Source: Eledone cirrhosa
Lineage: Eukaryota
Length of the DNA stretch: 64,000 nucleotides
NCBI GenBank assembly: GCA_964016885.1
Contig: OZ024741.1
Span: forward strand, 316,014,001-316,078,000
Direction of reading: 5' to 3'
A program made the position numbers and the translations under genes. The notes beneath the pieces were generated by a model that ran no database searches, had not been told where the DNA came from, and was given only the letters and a program-made list of their open reading frames with translations. Within the stretch, counting starts at the first letter, position 1. The number at the start of each line of letters is the position of its first letter. Of the stretch, positions 55,845-64,000 are shown in pieces.

Positions 55845-56030
55845 TTGGTGGATTGGCAGTATCAGTAGAGAGTCGGACGCCATGCTTTCCAGCATAGTTA
55901 CGTCCCTTTACGGTCTGAGTTCAAATCCCGCCGAGGTTAACTTTGCCTTTCATCCTTACGGGGTCGATAAAATAAAGTACCAGTAATGTACTGGGTAATT
56001 GCTGGCTTTGTGCCAAAAGTAGAAACAATT
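55845..56030 (+). mobile_element. tRNA-derived SINE (near full length)
   Basis: A-box-like tggcagtatcagtaga, B-box gagttcaaatccc, conserved core. Confidence 0.85.
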
Positions 56031-56039
56031 ATAATCAAA

Positions 56040-57223
56040 TTCATAGTGATGGTCGTTCAATAGAAGATCAAAAGAAAACCCTTTGGTGATGAAGTGATGG
56101 TGAAGGGGACAGGTGTAAGATGCTACTGGGGATCTCTAACCTGATTTTTGCGAGTATGAAGTCTAATGGGTTCAAATCTGATGATGAAGGAGGTCAATTG
56201 TTCTTATCCCAAAACCTGTTCCCAAATTCATCTCTGAGAAATGTTTGAGCCACTGCACTTATGTGGAATGTAAACTTGAAGTCCTTAGCGATCTTGTTGG
56301 GGTTTCCCTCGACTCTTGCCTCAGGATATTCAGAAAGCATCCAGGTCTTTACATTTTTCAAAACTTGAACATAACAAACTCTTGTCAGTCTCTCAGCCTT
56401 CTCAAACATGACCAATGGCATCTTCTTGCCATCAGAGGCCACGCAAGCGAAAATCATCAATTTGGCAGGGTTTTACTCTTGTCTCTCTTGTGAGGATCTG
56501 AAACCAGAACGCGACTGTTGCCCTTGTTTGTGTGCATATCTTGGGTGAAATTCTTCTCATCTATGTAAAAGCTCACACCAGGATTATGTTTCACTTTGTT
56601 CAAGTTGATCCTCGCCCACCTCAGCCTTCTAACCTTTTGTCCTGGAGTAACAAGGTGCCTCAGGTCTCACGTACGATTTCATTTTCAAGTCTTCTATCAC
56701 CGTCCTTTGAATTGTCACAGCTCTAACTCCTCCCTCGCGTGCCAAGCGTCTTATGGATTGAGTTGGAATGCATTTTATTTATCTCTTCAGCTCTAGATTT
56801 AAATGATGATCCCTCTGTGATTATGACCTGATACAGTTTTCCTCTCCGCTATTCCCTCTTTCTCGAACTTATTCACAATTCTCTTGATGGTTCTTGAATG
56901 GACTTTGAAGATGGAAGCCAGAGAATGAATGTTGGTACAATTACTGAAGGCCTGGATGATCTTAGCCCGCTCAACATTGCTCAGTTGGGAAGACACGGTG
57001 AGGCTGGCACAAAACGATTTCAGCTCGTTCTCTTCCTAACTATATAGGTATTTCACTGATTCTTCCTAACTATAATAGGTATTTCACTGATTCTTGCAAA
57101 ATTTGATGTCAGTATGGTCAGATGTGTTATCTGGAAATATGGAAAATTACAAATCGATTAGTTTGTTGGTTTTCAGAAGTTTTAAGAATTTGTGATCATG
57201 GAAATTTTGCTGTTACACCCGGT
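56040..57223 (-). mobile_element. Decayed Tc1/mariner transposon
   Basis: HTH ORF 56996-56799; DEKNF; FACVASDGKKMPLV; *PPSSSDLNPLDF (WPPxSPDLNPLD motif) near 56195-56157; end taccgggtgtaac on the reverse strand. Confidence 0.85.
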
Positions 57224-57740
57224 ATATGACGGATAGAAAAGCAAAGTAAAGTAATTTAAGACATTTTATTTGTATCACATGTTTCAAGAGATAGATAGAT
57301 GTCGATAAGCGTTCAGTATTGACGATTGCATGGATGAGAACTCAATATCATATTAGGGAAACTGTGTGCATATTTTAAATACAGATGTTCACACACTGTA
57401 TTAGATTTTACATTGAACAACGTGGATTAACCAATATACTTGGATCATAAACATAAGTCAGTCCTGAAGTATATCCATACATTTCTTAACGGTTAGTGGA
57501 AGTTATGTGATTTTAAGAAATTTGAAATATCGTTTTAATTTGTCTGTCAATGCCACAGTACCAAACTCTACACCACCCCACTGAGGGGTTCATTGTCCCA
57601 TGCTATGCTTTGAACATTATCTAACCTGGCTGATTGTAGATGTCTGGCTGACACTTCCGGTCCTCACACACCCATACAGATACACACGCATGTACATATA
57701 TATAAAATTCACAATTGAATACACCGACACAGACACACAA

Positions 57741-57774
<34 letters not shown>

Positions 57775-57881
57775 TTATAGGCATGCCTATTCACTGAAGC
57801 ACTTACATATGCACACACCCACGGAAAGAACTAGAGCGAACATTTCACCGATCACCACAAACACTTTTTTTTTAAATCACA

Positions 57882-57967
57882 AGTCTGATGAGCGGATCGA
57901 TAGTGGAGTCAGATTCATAACTTCCATAGGTGACCTTGAGCCAATCCTTTGTGAAACACGTATAACT
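57882..57967 (+). ncRNA. Candidate hammerhead ribozyme with long stem II
   Basis: agt CTGATGA gc-ggat...atcc-ttt-gt GAAA cacgta TA act, followed by AATAAA; short stem I, one stem III mismatch. Confidence 0.5.
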
Positions 57968-58181
57968 GGTCCATACACAATAAAATATAAATACATGTAA
58001 ACGAAACTTCTTCATTTTCCCTATTATATAGACTCTGCCCGTGCATCAAGTGCTCAGTAATTCACTGAATACATTATACAGTGTATATATATATATATAT
58101 ATATATATATTACTTCGAAATATTAATAAATATAGACATTGATGTGATCAAATATATGTTATTATACATATTTTAGAGGTA

Positions 58182-58241
<60 letters not shown>

Positions 58242-58650
58242 AGAGTATTGAAGTTTGCTTGAAGCATTGTGGATTAATAAGATTTTTTTTGGTCGTTTTG
58301 GAAGCCTCAACAATGCAGATGGGTAAATCTCCGGGTAACAGAATCCGGTTGTGAAGAGAGAGATGTAAGGGAATGTAGAATGATATGTGTAACACAAATA
58401 GCGGACAGCTGAGGCCACGTACCGTTCCTCTCCGACAGATAACTAACCCACCCCACCCCATCCGGAAAACCCCCCAGTTGATGGATGCGAATCTGAAATA
58501 CAGGGACAATTAAATCTCTCCCAAGGTAACTCTATCTCGTGTTATTATTTTTATTTTTTACGCTCTTTCCTACGTTCCTCTACACACTATACATCTCATT
58601 CCACATCTCCTCTTACATCTCTCTCTTCACCACCGGATTCTGTTACCCGA

Positions 58651-59068
58651 AATAAGATTTCGCTTCAAGCATAGCTTTATACAATATGTATAGAAATTTC
58701 GTATCTCCAAAGAAATACAATTTTAGGAAGCTGTAGCTATGCAAACACCAGGAGGCTAGCGCCCTCTGGTGATATCCTGCAGAAGCAAGGGGGATAACCG
58801 ACTATGCATTTAAGGACGATCCCTCCCACTGCTTGCGACTGCTGAACTAGAAGACAGCCGAGAATATATAGTTTTCTCGTCTGTGTAAATGAGGTGATTA
58901 ATCTCATTTGCATATGAAGCTGCATAAGTTGGCTCAACTTATAATAGAAAAGAAATAAAATTTCGCTTCAAGCATAGCTTTATACAATATGTATATCGCC
59001 CCATCCCCCCTGGTGTTTGCATAGCTACGGCTTCCTAAAACCGTATTTCTTTGAAGATACGAAATTTC
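58651..59068. repeat. Structured 303-bp unit: partial tandem plus inverted terminal segment
   Basis: tttcgcttcaagcatagctttatacaatatgtata at 58658 and 58961; 59009-59068 inverts 58693-58752. Confidence 0.75.
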
Positions 59069-59288
59069 TGTCTATATATATATATATGTGAGAAAAACCA
59101 CTGACCCTCCATCTCAACTCTACTTTTGAAAAGCAGAAGAACTGCGAAACCGGTAAAGGAACCAAATAAATATATATCTTTTTTTTAAATAAGACTTCAG
59201 TTGCATTTTCGATTTCATCTATTTTTCGTTATACTTTCACTCGTGCAGGACACCTCGGTTATTTTTCATTTTGTAAAAAAAACCTCAC

Positions 59289-59321
<33 letters not shown>

Positions 59322-59374
59322 CCATGGTCCTGTAACTCCTGAGGGAGTAAGAAAGAGATACAGAGGCAAAATCA

Positions 59375-59525
59375 CACCCAGTACTAGACTTGTGATTTTT
59401 TTATTGACTTCGAATGGATGAAAGGCAAAGTTAACTTCGGCGGGATTTGATCTCAGAGCTGAGCCGAAACATATATCGTAAAGCATTCTATCCACCGTTC
59501 TAACAACTCTGTCAATTCGCCGCCT
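59375..59525 (-). mobile_element. tRNA-derived SINE
   Basis: ggatgaaaggcaaagttaacttcggcgggatttga. Confidence 0.8.
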
Positions 59526-59544
59526 CTCTTTCTCTCTCTCTCCC

Positions 59545-59595
<51 letters not shown>

Positions 59596-59897
59596 ATATA
59601 TCTGTGTGTGCGTGTGTGTGTGTGCGCGTGTGTGTGTGCATGTGAATGTGTGTGTGTGTACATAAATACATACATACATGTAATACAAGACGCGACAGCT
59701 TTTCTAACGGAAATTCTTTTCACAAGTTATTGATCAACCCGAGGCTATGGTGGGAGACACTTGCCGTAGGCATCGCGTAACTGCTCTTGTGAAGTGAACT
59801 TCGTAACCACACAGCTATGCATATACGTGTGCGTGTGTATATATATATATATACACACATACACACACACACACGCGGGCGCACATACTCACAGACA

Positions 59898-59939
<42 letters not shown>

Positions 59940-60452
59940 CACATACACACACTCGCACACACACTCACAGATATATATATTGACAGTGAGAGGGAGGCAA
60001 ACAGACAGAAGACAGACAGTCAGGCATTCAGACAGATATTGAGAGAAAGAGAGAGGAGAAAGTAAAGCAAATTTCTACATCATTGTGTAAATGTTTGTGT
60101 GCCTGCCAATGCATGTGAAATTGTATGTAGGTGTGTGTTTCTACGCATGTTGCTAGGTATAAATGACTTTTGAGTGTATGAGTATATATCTATTAATTTC
60201 CTTGCCAGCCTTCACACTACCACCCTTGTCATCACCCAGCTCACCACCCAACATTCAATTCCCATTCATCCAATTGTTTTTTATGATGAATTAAAGAATT
60301 TTGCTGCGATAGCAACATTTTTGGTGTTAGCAATTCAAAAGAGTCATACTGCATTGTTTGTCCTAAGTTCTGCTCACAATGGATGCATGCCATTGTATGT
60401 ATACACACACACACATATATATATATATGCATATATGCATATATATTTGTTA

Positions 60453-60564
<112 letters not shown>

Positions 60565-60719
60565 ATATACACGGGTGTGTATGATTGTGTTTAGAAGATT
60601 GTGTTAATAAAAGGAATTCCAACGTTGTCTGATTTACTCGTTTTATTTACAATCCTTTAAAATTTATAATGGTATTAGAATGAAATAGTATGGTAGAATA
60701 TTAAATGTTAAGTGTTAAT

Positions 60720-60758
60720 TGAACAAGTACTTTCATGCTTTCGCAATCTTCAGATTCA
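60720..60758 (-). ncRNA. Minimal type I hammerhead ribozyme in inverted pLTR
   Basis: Reverse strand: tgaat CTGAAGA t-tgc gaaa gca-t GAAA gtac TT gttca. Confidence 0.85.
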
Positions 60759-62444
60759 TATTCTGTGGTGACAGTCAAGTTTGCAATTTTCAACTGTAAT
60801 GAGATGGGTAAATGTTGTGCCTTATATACAGTGAAAAGTGGCTACTGAATGCTAAATCTTGCTAACTGTATTTTGACCAATCGGTGTGTAGTTTCACTGG
60901 ATTACTAAAGCTGATTGGTTTAGAGTGATGGGGACGAAGTTTGCTCCCGTTTACGCGAACTCTGTAATGGGATAATTAGAACAACAATTCTACCAAGAAA
61001 TAGAGGAAAAATATAGTACTGACTTTAGAAAGTACATTGAAAAATCTTGGAAGAGATACCTTGACGACTGTTTCATCATCTGGACAGAATCTCTAGATAC
61101 TCTAGATGAGTTCAATATCCTCCGGAATAACCTACACCCATCTCTCCAATTCACAAAAGAGATGAGTAGTACTAAATTACCATTCTTAGATATAATGGTA
61201 ATCAAAAACGACCTCACCATTACCACGGATATATATTATAAACACACAGACACCCATCAATATCTGAATTTTAAGTCGTGCCATCCACCTCATACAAAAC
61301 GGAACATTCCATACTGCCTAGCCAGAAGAATTTGTACCATTGTAGAAGATACGAATACCAGGAACAAACAGAACTAAGAGAATTTTTGCACAAACAAAAA
61401 TACCCATCTCTACTTATAGAAAATGGCATACAGCCGGCTATAAAAATACCTATACAACAACTTAGGACAACCCAAGGAAGAAGAAACCAAGAACTGGTCA
61501 TACCATTTATAATGACACACAACCCATGTCACCAGAATATCTTCAACACTGCCAAAGCAAACCTACCGATCATTGCTCAAAGTAATGAATTAAAAGGCTT
61601 AATCACAGACCGATCTTTGACTCTTAGCAAAGACAGCCGAGAAATTTGAAGCAATTACTAACAAAAGCAAAGTTTGACCTTAACAACAAAGACCAATCAT
61701 TCACTGTATCTAAATGCAATGATAGTCGATGTGGCACTTGTCAATCCATACACACCGGTCAATATATGAACACAAAAACTGGAAAAATATTCCCAAATGT
61801 AAATATGAACTGCAAAAGCAGAAATCTAATTTACTGCATTAAAGAAGAACTATATGTCGGTCAAACTGGAAATGTTCACGGGTACACAGACAGCAAATCA
61901 GAGACCCAAATGTCCGTCAGATACCCCTGAGTAACCATCTTGCAACATGTGGTCAGAGAATATTTATATTTCCATTCTACAAATTACACATCCCAAGTGA
62001 AATCAAGAGAAAAATCAAAGTAAAGAATTTTATTGATAAATTCCAACCCAAGCTAAATGAACAATAATAATGGGATATTACTCCTACTATGACTATGACT
62101 ACGACCATGTCGACTACTACCACTAACAACAACAACAAGAATAATAATAATAAAAGTGATGTTGATGGTGAGGATTACTAGAAAATGCTATTTTCATCAT
62201 TTCTAAAAATAGCAAAACAATTGATGCTTTGGATAGGGTCAAATAGTAGTCATTAGACATGCTCAACCAACCGTGACGCCTAAACCAATCAGCTTTAGTA
62301 ATCCAGTGAAACTACACACCGATTGGTCGAAATACAGTTTGCAAGATTTAGCATTCTGTAGTCACTTTTCACCGTATATAAGGCACAAAATTTACCCATC
62401 TCATTACAGTTGAAAATTGCAAACTTGACTGTCACCACAGAATA

Positions 62445-62480
62445 TGAACCTGAAGATTGCGAAAGCATGAAAGTACTTGT
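62445..62480 (+). ncRNA. Hammerhead ribozyme in 3' pLTR, stem I 3' strand truncated
   Basis: tgaac CTGAAGA ttgc gaaa gcat GAAA gtac TT gt, then switches to a sequence also found at 59088-59215. Confidence 0.7.
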
Positions 62481-62725
62481 GGAAAAACCACAGACCCTCC
62501 ATCTCAACTCTACTTTTGAAAAGCAGAAGAACTGCGATACCGGTAAAGGAACCAAATAAATATATATATATTTTTTAAAATAAGACTCCAGTTGCATTTT
62601 CGATTTCGCTAAGATGAAACAATTGTTCTCGGTATGGTGAACTGACTGTTGTGTAACCACTTCTACCTAACTCCTCCCTTGGACTGAGTGTTCTACCACT
62701 ACGGATATTACCTTCCAGTGTTCCA

Positions 62726-62770
<45 letters not shown>

Positions 62771-62781
62771 TTATATATATA

Positions 62782-63148
62782 AATGTAAGTATGCATGTAT
62801 ACGTACATACATATATGTATACAGGCGTACAGTAGCATGCACATATATATATATATATACATATGCATACAGGTACACATACATATATGCACGTATCAGT
62901 TTAGCGGCGCTAACGTCGCTTTGTTCGTTTGTAAACAAACTGAACAGCCTGAACCTATGCCATACGGTGTTAAGGCAACCACGTCACCTTTTTGTTCAAC
63001 ACTGACACAGGAACGATGTACTAGTTTCAAGCTTGTTAGCTATCATCAGCACCGTTCACCCATCTGCCAGATAGTTGAACGTTCGAAAGTATATACTTTC
63101 CTTATGAAAATTAACGGCTGAGCAGCCTAATTTGCATATTGAGTGAGT
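62782..63148 (-). mobile_element. Family D copy with intact HHR at 63013-63055
   Basis: Reverse strand: acggtg CTGATGA tagct aaca agctt GAAA ctag TA catcgt. Confidence 0.82.
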
Positions 63149-63255
63149 TAACCACGACGGCAGAGCTCAAGCCGTTTCGACGGCTCTTTCTGGACTAAAT
63201 GAATTTAGTCCAGAAATAGCCGTTGAGACGGCTTGAGCTCTGCCGTTGGGGTTAA
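63148..63255. repeat. 108-bp GC-richer palindrome
   Basis: ggcagagctcaagccgt..ttctggactaaat ga atttagtccagaaa..acggcttgagctctgcc. Confidence 0.85.
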
Positions 63256-63265
63256 ACATTTTCTC

Positions 63266-63309
<44 letters not shown>

Positions 63310-63355
63310 TTAAAAGAAACCAAACAACGCTTACTTACTCAAACAGTTTTTATTT

Positions 63356-63400
63356 GCTTACAATGTTTCATCCATACCGTTTGGTAGGAATCCTCAGAAC
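63356..63400 (-). ncRNA. Type I hammerhead ribozyme, probable 3' end of a PLE extending past the window
   Basis: Reverse strand: gtt CTGAGGA t-tcc-tacc aaac ggta-t-gga-t GAAA c att g TA agc, followed by AATAAA. Confidence 0.7.
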
Positions 63401-64000
63401 TTAATAAACACAGTGCTGAGTATAAGCTCCACAGAGCCTAGTCACAAGGATAGATATAAGGATAGATATATGAGTGGATAGATGGGTATATCATGTTATA
63501 GATGATAAATTATGAGGGATACTAGTTTATATTTAGTGTAAGTATTTAAATTAAATTAAATTAACTGAGTCAATAAGATTACTTATATGTTTTAATGTTT
63601 ACATTGGAAAAATATTGAAAATCCCAGTTTTGTTTATTTATTAGTTATTATGAGATAATTTTGACAAATATATGTTTAAATATATATTTAGCCAGAGTTA
63701 GTTATTGGTTATAACTCTAATATTAAATAATTACAAAAAATTATAAAAAGTTAAAAAATTAATTAAAAGTATAAGAAAATACTAAAACCATTTAAAAATT
63801 AAGACTATAAAATATTAACAATTCTAGACAAAATTCTTGAAAATTCCTGGAAAAACTTTCCAAGAGATTTTTAAAAGATCTCAAAAAGACTCCGAAGATA
63901 CTCAAAAACCTTTTTAAAATATTTAAAAAGTCTTTAAAATTAATTAAAAACCTAAAATTATTCAGGAAATATAATTAAAAACCTAAAATTATTCAAAAAT

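Larger units (their letters stand above)
60575..62480 (+). mobile_element. 5'-truncated Penelope-like element (different clade, Neptune-like) with inverted 5' pLTR
   Basis: MGTKFAPVYAN, WKRYLDDCF, LPFLDI, YKHTDTHQYL..SCHP..NIPYCLARRI, CNDSRCGTC, LIYCI..LYVGQT; 60724-60922 inverts 62281-62480. Confidence 0.88.

Noticed and set aside
55845-55935. tRNA gene (A/B boxes)
   Set aside because: No cloverleaf; it is the head of a multi-copy SINE

Overview
AT-rich eukaryotic (metazoan) repeat-dominated DNA. It is most likely from an octopus or other cephalopod, inferred from the tRNA-derived SINE family, the RTE LINE with C-terminal C2H2 fingers, and the extreme (TA)n/(CA)n content. No host gene exon was recognised, and nearly all short ORFs in the track are microsatellite artefacts. 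The window holds one intact-ORF RTE-clade LINE (20834-24379) and several Penelope-like elements (PLEs; RT + GIY-YIG), including one complete copy with 364-bp direct pLTRs (49284-54370). It also holds RTE fragments, hAT and Tc1/mariner remnants, MITEs, a Helentron-like element and many SINEs. The main hidden signal, read by eye, is about 30 type I hammerhead ribozyme (HHR) motifs from a dozen or more sequence families. Many lie in non-coding 300-600 bp units arranged as partial tandem plus inverted copies inside (TA)n tracts, which resembles retrozymes or non-autonomous PLEs. These include a 591-bp tandem unit whose three HHRs carry the compensatory U3-A8 core, a family with a U4A core, and HHRs with large branched stem II insertions. 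All RNA folds are manual and none of the ribozymes has been tested.
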